Shown: positions 54,438 through 63,282 of the stretch, in pieces
Layout: each line of letters starts with the position of its first letter
Numbering within the stretch: position 1 is the first letter of the stretch
DNA from: Candidatus Dojkabacteria bacterium
Lineage (GTDB): Bacteria; Patescibacteriota; Dojkabacteria; B142; OLB20
Assembly: GCA_046753765.1 (NCBI GenBank)
Contig: JBHHUN010000001.1
Location: 12,141 to 76,140 of the forward strand
DNA: 64,000 nt
Direction of reading: 5' to 3'
Translations under genes and position numbers: made by a program
Notes under the pieces: generated by a model
Told to the model about the DNA's origin: nothing
The model's database searches: none
What the model saw: the letters and a program-made list of their open reading frames with translations, nothing else

Positions 54438-55772
54438 TTGATGAGCGATTTAAAGTTACCGCCACAGAACCTCGAAGTAGAACAATCAGTTCTTGGGGCT
54501 CTTCTTATCGACGAGGATGCCATATACAAAATCGCTGAATTTTTGCTACCTGAACATTTCTACCGTGAGACACATCAGAAGATCTATGCAGTAATGCAGG
54601 GGCTCGTATCTCAGCAGAAGGCTATCGATGTACTAACTGTTTCGGCGGAGCTTAAAAAGAAGCGACAACTTAAACAGGTCGGGGGAACTGCATTTTTGTC
54701 TGAACTTGTAGCTAACGTCCCTACTGCGGGGCATATTGAGGAGTACGGTCATATTATCAAGGATGCAAGTGTAAGACGAAAGCTCATTGGTGTTGCAGCA
54801 ATGCTTGATGAGATGGCATACAAAGAAGACGAAGAACTGATTGACCTGCTCGATAAGGCAGAAAGGGACCTACTTGGGATAGCAGAATCGCATACAGACA
54901 GTGACTTTGTACATGTAGCAAAGCTTCTCGAGGAATCATATGAACGTGCCGAAGAACTTAACAAAGACCCCGGAAAATTAAGGGGAATCGCATGTGGTTT
55001 CAACTACCTGGATGGAATCCTGGGGGGCTTTCAGGAGTCAGACTTAGTAATACTTGCTGCAAGACCCTCTGTCGGAAAGACTGCGCTGGCTCTGGATATT
55101 GCAAGGCATGCTTCAGTTACTGAAGGGAAGAATATTGGTATCTTCTCTCTTGAGATGTCGAACACGCAATTAATGGATAGACTGTTGTCGATGCAGGTTG
55201 GAGTTGGACTATGGAACCTGCGTATGGGAAAGATATCTGATGACGCCTTTTCAAGGCTTGCTGAAGCGATGGGAGTTCTTTCAGAAGCAAATCTCTACAT
55301 TGATGACACTCCGGGAATTGGAATAATGGAGATGCGCACAAAAGCCAGACGACTGAAGGTCGAAAAAGGTTTGGATATGGTAATTGTCGACTATCTACAG
55401 CTGATGGCGGGACGTCGCCAGGAGAGCAGGGTGCAAGAGGTGTCTGAGATCTCAAGATTTCTCAAATCGATGGCGAGGGAGCTTGAGATTCCTGTTCTTG
55501 CGCTTTCTCAACTTAGTAGATCGGTTGAGCAGCGAGGTGGCGATGGTGTGCCACAACTTTCCGATCTTCGTGACTCAGGATCCATTGAACAGGACGCTGA
55601 TGTTGTTATATTTCTGAGCAAAATGGGGGGAGGCGAAGAAGAAGAGGTTAATGAAAACAGAATGCTGACAGTTGCAAAACACAGAAACGGTCCGACAGGT
55701 GCGGTTGAGCTCTTTTTTGTTGGTGAGCAGGCGCGTTTTCGGGAACTCGATAAACATCACGGTAGCACCTAG
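54438..55772 (+). CDS. dnaB: Replicative DNA helicase DnaB
   Basis: N-terminal DnaB domain (PPQNLEVEQSVLGALLIDEDA). Walker A (AARPSVGKTALALDIA). Walker B/RecA fold (IVDYLQLM). Arginine finger region. No intein. Confidence 0.9.
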   Translation: MMSDLKLPPQNLEVEQSVLGALLIDEDAIYKIAEFLLPEHFYRETHQKIYAVMQGLVSQQKAIDVLTVSAELKKKRQLKQVGGTAFLSELVANVPTAGHIEEYGHIIKDASVRRKLIGVAAMLDEMAYKEDEELIDLLDKAERDLLGIAESHTDSDFVHVAKLLEESYERAEELNKDPGKLRGIACGFNYLDGILGGFQESDLVILAARPSVGKTALALDIARHASVTEGKNIGIFSLEMSNTQLMDRLLSMQVGVGLWNLRMGKISDDAFSRLAEAMGVLSEANLYIDDTPGIGIMEMRTKARRLKVEKGLDMVIVDYLQLMAGRRQESRVQEVSEISRFLKSMARELEIPVLALSQLSRSVEQRGGDGVPQLSDLRDSGSIEQDADVVIFLSKMGGGEEEEVNENRMLTVAKHRNGPTGAVELFFVGEQARFRELDKHHGST

Positions 55773-55840
55773 ACGGTTAGCGACAAATATCTTATCATAA
55801 AGCTATCTCATATCCAGTTTTAGATTAGACGTAGGGTTTT

Positions 55841-56206
55841 ATGGGGAAGAAACTACTAATTGTTGAGGACGAGAAGCCCATAGCACGCGCGTTGGAGCTG
55901 AAGCTTTCTAACTCGGGGTTCGAAGTGACTGTAGCCCTAGATGGCCAGAAGGCGATTGATCTGGTAGATAACGGTGAGTTTGACCTCATCCTACTGGATC
56001 TGGTTATGCCAAATCTGGATGGCTTTGGATTTCTCACGCAGCTGAAAGAGAAAGGGAAAAAGATCCCCGTTATTGTAACTTCCAACCTAAGCCAGGATGA
56101 AGACATCGAGAAGGCCAAACAGATGGGGGCAGTTGGATACTACGTGAAATCTAACACACCGCTCGCTGATATCGTAGATAAAATCAATCAATATTTCGCT
56201 AAATGA
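55841..56206 (+). CDS. Stand-alone response-regulator receiver domain (CheY/PilH-like)
   Basis: 121 aa. Receiver motifs (LIVEDEKP; DLILLDLVMPNLDG; VIVTSNL...K). No output domain. ATGA overlap with pilB. Confidence 0.8.
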   Translation: MGKKLLIVEDEKPIARALELKLSNSGFEVTVALDGQKAIDLVDNGEFDLILLDLVMPNLDGFGFLTQLKEKGKKIPVIVTSNLSQDEDIEKAKQMGAVGYYVKSNTPLADIVDKINQYFAK

Positions 56207-57864
56207 GACTGGATGACAAACGCATACGGGATCTACTGCTCAAGAACAGTTACGTAAGTAAAGACGACATCAAAGCAGCTGAGAAGTATGCAAAAGAAAG
56301 AAATGCGACCGTTGTAGACTACCTGCTCAAGGAGGAATTGATTAATAAGGACCTTCTGGGGCAGGCGATAGCAGAGTTCTACAAGGTAAATTATGCTGAC
56401 CTTAACACTAACATCCCTACCCGTGAAGATGTACTTAAGATTCCTGCAGATATTGGAAAGAAATATCGGCTGGTCATAGCAAACCAAACCACAGACAGCT
56501 ATACGATTGCAACTGATAATCCTCAACAAAAAGGACTGTTACCGGCACTTAAAGATCTTTTCAGAAATAAAAAAATAACTCTAGCATTCTCAATCCCAGA
56601 AGACATCGATGCGTCTCTTGTGCATTATCGTGAACCCCTCGAAACCAGGTTTAAGAAGATTCTTGAGAACTCTGAGAGTGTTGCGCCTGAGGTTGTAGTT
56701 GAGATAATTGATGATGCAATAGTTGATGGGGCCTCGGATATTCATTTTGAACCACAGGAGAAAGATGTTCTAATCCGTGTCAGAATCGATGGTGTATTGC
56801 GTGAAGCTGCCCGTATAGGTAAAAAGTACTACGACAATATTCTAAACCTGATCAAAGTAAACGCACATATGAGAATCGATGAGCACAATGCAGCCCAAGA
56901 TGGTTCGATGCGAATTGTTAAGGGCGACAGGAGAGTTGACATGCGTGTGTCTGTCATGCCCACCCTCGACGGTGAGAAGATCACTGTCAGGATACTCTCG
57001 GAATATGTAAGCAAGTTCTCCCTCTCTGACATAGGTTTGTCCGAACGAGACCAGGATCTGTTTATCGAAGCCGGAAAGAAGCCATTTGGGATGATTCTGG
57101 TTACTGGTCCAACTGGGTCAGGAAAAACGAGTAGCCTATACTCTCTAATCAGGATTTTAAACACTCCAGAGGTAAATGTAACGACAATCGAAGATCCTGT
57201 TGAATACAAAATCAAAGGCGTGAATCACATTCAGGTTAACACTCAAACAGAACTTACTTTTGCAAAGGGTTTGAGGTCAATCGTCAGGCAAGATCCTGAT
57301 ATCATCCTAGTTGGAGAGATACGTGACCAGGAGACAGCCGAAATAGCTGTTAACGCTGCACTGACCGGACATCTTCTATTATCAACATTTCATGCTAATG
57401 ACGCTGCAACCTCTATTCCGAGATTGCTTGACATGGGAATTGAATCGTTTCTGCTTGCATCAACCTTAGAGCTGGTTGTGGCACAAAGACTGGTCAGAAA
57501 GATCTGCCTTGCTTGTCGTATCAGCAGAAAATACACAAGAGCAGCTCTTGTAAAAGAGCATCCCTTTCTCGATGATTATCTATCTAAGAAGAAGAAAGAG
57601 TTTACACTCTATGACACAAAGCCCTGCAAAGCGTGTCCGGGGGGTGGTTTTCAGGGAAGGACTGCAATCTTTGAGTTCATTAAAGTGACAAGGGAGATGC
57701 GGGATTTAATCCTTCAGGACCCCTCTACAAATGAGATTCTTGACCTGGCAAAAAAACAGGGTTTTGTCACAATGTTCGAAGATGGTTTGGATAAGGTTTT
57801 CAATGGAATTACCACATTGGATGAGCTTTTGCGTGTGGCTAAGCCACCGGAGACCCATGCTTAA
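56203..57864 (+). CDS. pilB: Type IV pilus assembly ATPase PilB (GspE family)
   Basis: N-terminal GSPII_E_N region. Walker A (GPTGSGKTS). Walker B/Asp box (DPDIILVGEIRD). His box (LLSTFHAND). Tetracysteine (CLACR...CKACPGGG). Confidence 0.9.
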   Translation: MRLDDKRIRDLLLKNSYVSKDDIKAAEKYAKERNATVVDYLLKEELINKDLLGQAIAEFYKVNYADLNTNIPTREDVLKIPADIGKKYRLVIANQTTDSYTIATDNPQQKGLLPALKDLFRNKKITLAFSIPEDIDASLVHYREPLETRFKKILENSESVAPEVVVEIIDDAIVDGASDIHFEPQEKDVLIRVRIDGVLREAARIGKKYYDNILNLIKVNAHMRIDEHNAAQDGSMRIVKGDRRVDMRVSVMPTLDGEKITVRILSEYVSKFSLSDIGLSERDQDLFIEAGKKPFGMILVTGPTGSGKTSSLYSLIRILNTPEVNVTTIEDPVEYKIKGVNHIQVNTQTELTFAKGLRSIVRQDPDIILVGEIRDQETAEIAVNAALTGHLLLSTFHANDAATSIPRLLDMGIESFLLASTLELVVAQRLVRKICLACRISRKYTRAALVKEHPFLDDYLSKKKKEFTLYDTKPCKACPGGGFQGRTAIFEFIKVTREMRDLILQDPSTNEILDLAKKQGFVTMFEDGLDKVFNGITTLDELLRVAKPPETHA

Positions 57865-59261
57865 TGAAAATTGATAAAACTGCCCCCAAAAAGAAAAAGA
57901 AGTTAACTTTTGCTTCTAAAGTAAAGAGGGTGCTTACAACTCCTATAGGGGGACTAACTAAAGAAAAGGAGTTGTTTATCCAAAACCTCTCAATGCTTAT
58001 TACCTCTGGGCTGGATGTAATAACAGCTTTGAAAGCCACGCAGTTTGATATCCGTTCCAGACGAATGCGTGAGCTGACGGATCAGATTACCGCAGATGTT
58101 AACGCGGGATCGCCTATGTGGAAAGCATTTGAAGAAAATAATCTTCTCCCCAGCTATATGGTTGCTCTTGTTAGAATTGGTGAAGAGACCGGGAAGCTCC
58201 CCGAGAACTTAATAATCATTGTTGAACAGCAACAAAAAACAAGACTGTTCAAATCGAAAATCATTTCAGCAATGATCTACCCTGCGATAATATTTGGCCT
58301 GAGTATCTTTATAGGGATCGGGATCTTTGTATTTGTCCTGCCGAGACTTTCTAACGTCTATAACGCACTTGGTATTGATCTTCCTTTTATCACAAAGGTA
58401 ATGATATTTACAGGGACGTTTCTGCGTGACTACGGAATTATCGTTTTACCTCTTGCTGGTTTATTAATAGCAATAGTCTTTTACTTCCTTTTTGTGAGAG
58501 AGCGGAGTAAGCATGTTGGCCAGCGAATGATCTTTTCGATCCCTGCGTTGAGAGGGATCGTCAGGAATATCGAGATTGCCAGGTTTGGCTTTATGTTCTC
58601 AACTTTGCTTGAAGCAGGACTGCCAATCCTGGATGCAATTTCATCTTTAGGCAGGTCAACAGGTTACTATAACTACAGTAAATTCTATCGCCATCTCGAA
58701 CGGATGATTGAGGAGGGCTATACTTTTCAACAGGCGTTCAAGAGATTTAAAAAAATAGAAAAGATCTTTCCGGTACCAATACAACAGATTGTAATTGCCG
58801 CTGAAAACTCTGGAAGGCTAATGAAATCTTCTTCGCAGATAGGCACAAGTTTTGAAGAGAAGATCGACTCCTCGAGCAAGAATCTTGCAGTCGTTCTTGA
58901 ACCATTAATGCTCATTATCGTGTGGCTGGGTGTTGTGTTTGTGGCTCTTTCGGTCATATTCCCTGTTTATAATCTTGTTGGTGGAGTTGGTCAAAGTAAC
59001 GGTAATGGGTCGGTTTCGTCTCCAGTGGTTGATTTCAACAAAGCAGGAACACTCACAGTCGTGTCTGATCAGGAGCAGGTAAATGTATACAAAGACCCAG
59101 CAGACGAATCTCCCGTAGAAAGTACAATTGAGAGTGGAATTACCCTAAGATTCACGGCGACAAAAGACGGTTGGGTGAAAATTGTGATTGATGAAACTAC
59201 TCAGGATACAGGATGGATTCAAGAAGAACTGGTTCAAATAATAGTTGATCTATCAGAATAG
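57864..59261 (+). CDS. pilC: Type IV pilus platform protein PilC (GspF family) with a C-terminal SH3b-like extension
   Basis: Two GspF repeats (LSMLITSGLDVITAL...; LLEAGLPILDAISSL...). 3 TM segments. An extra roughly 85 aa follow the last TM (VNVYKDPADESPVESTIESGITLRFTATKDGWVKIVIDETTQDTGWIQEELV). TAATG overlap with pilB. Confidence 0.85.
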   Translation: MKIDKTAPKKKKKLTFASKVKRVLTTPIGGLTKEKELFIQNLSMLITSGLDVITALKATQFDIRSRRMRELTDQITADVNAGSPMWKAFEENNLLPSYMVALVRIGEETGKLPENLIIIVEQQQKTRLFKSKIISAMIYPAIIFGLSIFIGIGIFVFVLPRLSNVYNALGIDLPFITKVMIFTGTFLRDYGIIVLPLAGLLIAIVFYFLFVRERSKHVGQRMIFSIPALRGIVRNIEIARFGFMFSTLLEAGLPILDAISSLGRSTGYYNYSKFYRHLERMIEEGYTFQQAFKRFKKIEKIFPVPIQQIVIAAENSGRLMKSSSQIGTSFEEKIDSSSKNLAVVLEPLMLIIVWLGVVFVALSVIFPVYNLVGGVGQSNGNGSVSSPVVDFNKAGTLTVVSDQEQVNVYKDPADESPVESTIESGITLRFTATKDGWVKIVIDETTQDTGWIQEELVQIIVDLSE

Positions 59262-59263
59262 CG

Positions 59264-59710
59264 ATGACAAAGCAAAGACTACAGCAAGCGTTTACATTAT
59301 TCGAGCTACTCCTGTCGATGTCGCTGTTGGCAATGGTTGCAGCTTTTTCAGTACCGCTCTACCAGAGTTTTCAGACCAGCAACGATCTTGAGTTGACGGC
59401 CGATATAACTACTCAGTCACTCAGAAGAGCGCAGTCATTGGCTATGAGTGGTGATGGTGATGCAAATTGGGGTGTATATATCCAGAACGGGAGTGTCACG
59501 TTATTTCAAGGTGACGATTACGCCACGAGGGATACAAGCTTTGATGAAGACCTGGAGATTAGCGACAAGATAAACCTCTCAGGGCTAAGTGAGCTCGTTT
59601 ATGAGAAATTTACGGGTGATCCTTCAGCGACAGGTACGATCAATCTCTCCATAGCCAGTGGCGAAACAAGAATTATTACGATTAATTCAAGGGGTACAGT
59701 AGATTTCTAA
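59264..59710 (+). CDS. Prepilin-type minor pilin/pseudopilin (GspH/FimT-like)
   Basis: Class III signal: MTKQRLQQA | FTLFELLLSMSLLAMVAAF, with Glu at +5. 148 aa. Confidence 0.7.
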   Translation: MTKQRLQQAFTLFELLLSMSLLAMVAAFSVPLYQSFQTSNDLELTADITTQSLRRAQSLAMSGDGDANWGVYIQNGSVTLFQGDDYATRDTSFDEDLEISDKINLSGLSELVYEKFTGDPSATGTINLSIASGETRIITINSRGTVDF

Positions 59711-59711
59711 G

Positions 59712-62261
59712 ATGAACCGGAACAAGAAATTAAAATCATTTAGTCTTGTAGAAGTACTGTTGGCAATGACGTTGCTGGGTATTATCATGATGTCGTTGGC
59801 TGGAGCTCTTGGCTTCGGTCAAGAGAGCAGCCTTGCTGCTGGCAATACTGCAAGAGCAAGTTTGATCGCTGATGAGGGGGTTGAGGCTGTAGATAATATT
59901 GCCGATGAGGACTTTGCGAATCTTGTCGATGGTACGTACGGACTTGCTGTGTCAGGAGGGGTCTGGACGTTCTCGGGAACGAGTGATACTACAGATATTT
60001 TCGAGAGAGTAGTCACGATTTCAACGGTTGATACGTATACTAAGCAGGTAACATCTGAGGTCACCTGGAGCCAGGGGGCAGGTCAGCTACCACGAGTAGT
60101 TACGGTTGACTCGTACGTCTCTGACTGGTCTCGACTTGTGGTTACATCAAATAGCACATTCCGAGCAACCGAATACTACCTGGGAACTGGCGTTTTTTCG
60201 GGAAATTCGTATAGCCTTACTTTGAATCAGGACCTTGAAAGTAATTACTTTGTTATCGTTCAGGGGAGTGACGGCAACGGAAGTCGCAGAGGGACCCGTG
60301 GACCAGATGAAAATTACGTCTCGCTTACAGCTGACCCATTTGGGACAGGTGCCCTCGGAACATCGGGAGGAACGGCTATCCTTGGTTTCACTAGACAGAA
60401 CAGTGTTAACAGCTGGGTAGGGGTAGTAACAGTTGTTGAGTGTCTTGGAGACTGTAATGCCTCTGGGTTTGAACTGTTGGATGTTGAGAGGGTGACTCAT
60501 TCAGGCACAGCAACATCGGGTAGTGTTACAACTACTTCCTGGTCAGATATTGGTCAGGTGATGTTGATGGGTGGGTTCAATGGTTCGGGTTGTGACACAA
60601 CCCAGACAAGGAGTTTTAGGTCCAAAGTGTGTCATGTGAGGATGTATCCTTCAGGATCAAATACAGTAAACTGGACTCGTAACTCCGGTGGTGCCTCGTT
60701 GAGAACTGCAACCAGCACAACGATGGTAGTAGAGTGGGGCAGTGAGTGGACCATCCAGAGGGCAAACGTGACAGGAAACAACGGTGGTAACGGTGCTGAT
60801 GCCACTGGAGAGTACTCAAACGGGGCCATTTCAGGTGTTGCCAGAGATAACACCTGGGTGTGGGGCACTGGACACACTAACGACCAGGGGATCGGTGATG
60901 CAGCCGAAGGCGTGCTGGTTACTCTGGGTGACGGGGTCAATCAGAATGGAACAGAAACGCAGGTGTCCGTTGGAATGGAGTACGGAGGGAATTCCATGAA
61001 TTTCGAGGTTTATGCGCTCACACATCCCGATCTGGCAGTTGACTATCGCTTCAAGGCAGATGGGCATGCTGGCAATCTGACACTAGATACTACAGTAGAC
61101 TCTGCGTCGGATGTTGATGCGCGCATGGCGTTGATTTATAACGGCCAGAACGGGACCGGAAACGCCTATCCACGTCCGCACTTCTCGGCGCGGTACATAA
61201 ACAACACTACGGTCAGGGCTGAACGAAGACGCACAGGCCAAAACTGGCCTGCATGGATTCAGGGGATTAACTTCTCTGCTATTACCTATAGTACGGGGGG
61301 CGGTGGTACCGGCGACTGGAGTGCACCGCTTCAGCAAAGCCAGATCAACCTGGCAGGCAATGAAAACGCTCTGGGGGTTAGGGTGCAGGGAAATTACGCT
61401 TACGTTGTAAGGGACATCGCCGGCACAAATTTCGTAGTTGTAGATATCAGTAACCTATCAACCCCTTTGGTAGTTGGATCCCTGAGTTTACCTGATAAAC
61501 CGACATCTGTTGCTGTGGGTAGTGCTTATGTAGGCAGCAAAAGTAATTCGGGGGAGTTGCAAATAGTTGATGTTTCAACACCATCCAGTCCGAGCCATGT
61601 CGGAACATACAATGCTGCTGGAGACAAAGATGCTAAGGCGCTAACTGTTGATGGAACAACGGTTTATCTTGTTAAGAAGAAGGAAGGTGGTGGTGATGAG
61701 CTGTTTATTATTAATGTTTCGATACCGGCCAGTCCATCGCTAATCAGTTCACTTGAGCTGGGTGACGAAGCGAAAGGTGTGGTTAAGATAGGCAACTATC
61801 TCTACATTGGAAATAAAAGCAACTCCCAGGAACTGCAGGTTATCGATGTAACTACTCCCGCAACCCCAAGCATTGCAGGCAGCCTGGACTTGAGCGGGAA
61901 TGACGATCCTGAATCTATTGATGGTGCCGGATCAATGATAATACTTGGCCGAAGAAACGATGTTTACGTAATTGATATCTCAACCCCAACTTCACCAACT
62001 GTATTAGGCTCATTCAATGCCGGTGGCAAAGTAAAGGGTGTATCATACCATCCTTCATCAGATTACATTTTTCTGGCAACCGAGAACGGCTCACAGGAGT
62101 TTCAGGTCGTTGACATCTCATCCCCTGCAAGTATTACTTTGGTAGGAGGACTTAATGTTTCCGGGAAACTAAAGGGCATTGACTACTCTCCGGGACTGGA
62201 TAGGGCGTTTGGGGCAAGTGATTCAAACTCAGAAGAATTTATTATCTTTCAGCCACAGTAA
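59712..62261 (+). CDS. Giant PilV-like prepilin (849 aa) fused to an LVIVD-repeat beta-propeller
   Basis: Class III signal: MNRNKKLKS | FSLVEVLLAMTLLGIIMMSLAGALGFGQ (PilV-like). The C-terminal roughly 330 aa carry at least 5 LVIVD-type repeats (GNYAYVVRD..., FVVVDISNLSTP, LQIVDVSTPSSP, LQVIDVTTPATP, VYVIDISTPTSP, FQVVDISSPASI). Confidence 0.7.
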   Translation: MNRNKKLKSFSLVEVLLAMTLLGIIMMSLAGALGFGQESSLAAGNTARASLIADEGVEAVDNIADEDFANLVDGTYGLAVSGGVWTFSGTSDTTDIFERVVTISTVDTYTKQVTSEVTWSQGAGQLPRVVTVDSYVSDWSRLVVTSNSTFRATEYYLGTGVFSGNSYSLTLNQDLESNYFVIVQGSDGNGSRRGTRGPDENYVSLTADPFGTGALGTSGGTAILGFTRQNSVNSWVGVVTVVECLGDCNASGFELLDVERVTHSGTATSGSVTTTSWSDIGQVMLMGGFNGSGCDTTQTRSFRSKVCHVRMYPSGSNTVNWTRNSGGASLRTATSTTMVVEWGSEWTIQRANVTGNNGGNGADATGEYSNGAISGVARDNTWVWGTGHTNDQGIGDAAEGVLVTLGDGVNQNGTETQVSVGMEYGGNSMNFEVYALTHPDLAVDYRFKADGHAGNLTLDTTVDSASDVDARMALIYNGQNGTGNAYPRPHFSARYINNTTVRAERRRTGQNWPAWIQGINFSAITYSTGGGGTGDWSAPLQQSQINLAGNENALGVRVQGNYAYVVRDIAGTNFVVVDISNLSTPLVVGSLSLPDKPTSVAVGSAYVGSKSNSGELQIVDVSTPSSPSHVGTYNAAGDKDAKALTVDGTTVYLVKKKEGGGDELFIINVSIPASPSLISSLELGDEAKGVVKIGNYLYIGNKSNSQELQVIDVTTPATPSIAGSLDLSGNDDPESIDGAGSMIILGRRNDVYVIDISTPTSPTVLGSFNAGGKVKGVSYHPSSDYIFLATENGSQEFQVVDISSPASITLVGGLNVSGKLKGIDYSPGLDRAFGASDSNSEEFIIFQPQ

Positions 62262-62263
62262 AG

Positions 62264-62779
62264 ATGAGAAAACCCAGAACAAGAAAAGCATTTACTTTGG
62301 TTGAAATTATCCTTTATGTCGGACTGGTCTCCATGCTTTTGGTTGTAGTGGCCGGATTCCTCACATCTGTGCTTCAGTCGCGAGAACGTTCTGAAACAGT
62401 ATCAGAGGTGGACAGTCAGGGCGTGAAGGTTATGCAGGACATAATTCAGACAGTTAGAAACGCACAGGCAATAAACTCTCCAACACAAGGTAACTCGGCT
62501 GCAACACTTTCGCTTGATGTTGTCGATGGTGGGGCAGACCCTACTGTCTACGACCTGTCAGGTGGAGCACTCACAATCACCGAAGGAGGCGGCGCGGTAG
62601 TAGACCTGACTTCTGGCAGGGTTACTGCCTCGGGGCTTGTGTTTGAAAATTTGACTCGCCCGGGCACAGACGGCATAGTAAGAATAGAATTCACCCTCAC
62701 CCACGTTAATCCTGAAGGCAGATTTGAGTACGATTATGCGCAAATATTTTACGGCTCAGCAAATCTGAAACAGAATTAA
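62264..62779 (+). CDS. Prepilin-type minor pilin/pseudopilin
   Basis: Class III signal: MRKPRTRKA | FTLVEIILYVGLVSMLLVVVAGF. 171 aa. Confidence 0.7.
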   Translation: MRKPRTRKAFTLVEIILYVGLVSMLLVVVAGFLTSVLQSRERSETVSEVDSQGVKVMQDIIQTVRNAQAINSPTQGNSAATLSLDVVDGGADPTVYDLSGGALTITEGGGAVVDLTSGRVTASGLVFENLTRPGTDGIVRIEFTLTHVNPEGRFEYDYAQIFYGSANLKQN

Positions 62780-62782
62780 AAT

Positions 62783-63166
62783 ATGAAGGCATACATATCT
62801 TTAATAACAGTAATAATAGTGAGCTTTGTCGCAGTGGGCATCACTGTCACATTTATTATGCTTGGTATTGGGGCGACGCAAACAAGTGAATCACTCGAAC
62901 TTTCAATAAAGGCAAAAGCCCTTGCAGATGCCTGTGCTCAGGATGGGCTCGAAACTATAAGGGAGAACACAAGCTACACTGGTACAACTAATTTATCACT
63001 TGGTGAAGGTAACTGTTCTTTCACTGTGACAAATCAGGGTGGTGAGGTACGTAGAATTGAAGTAACTGGCACGGTCGACACAGTTATCCGTAAGGTACTA
63101 ATTACAACAAGTCAGCTAAACCCACAGATACTGATTTCAAGCTGGCAGGAAGTTGCAGATTTTTGA
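62783..63166 (+). CDS. PilX-like minor pilin (PilX_N-type N-terminus)
   Basis: An N-terminal hydrophobic segment is followed by GATQTSESLELSIKAKALADACAQDGLE, which matches the PilX_N pattern (Q.S......A...AEAGLE). 127 aa. Last gene of the pilin run. Confidence 0.45.
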   Translation: MKAYISLITVIIVSFVAVGITVTFIMLGIGATQTSESLELSIKAKALADACAQDGLETIRENTSYTGTTNLSLGEGNCSFTVTNQGGEVRRIEVTGTVDTVIRKVLITTSQLNPQILISSWQEVADF

Positions 63167-63282
63167 GTAATCACAAATTGAATAAAAGACTGTCCGAACA
63201 AATAAATGAGCTTCTTGGCGATGATTATCAGGTTCCTCCCGAACTGGAGGGAATATTTGAGAAAATAAATTCTCAATATGAT

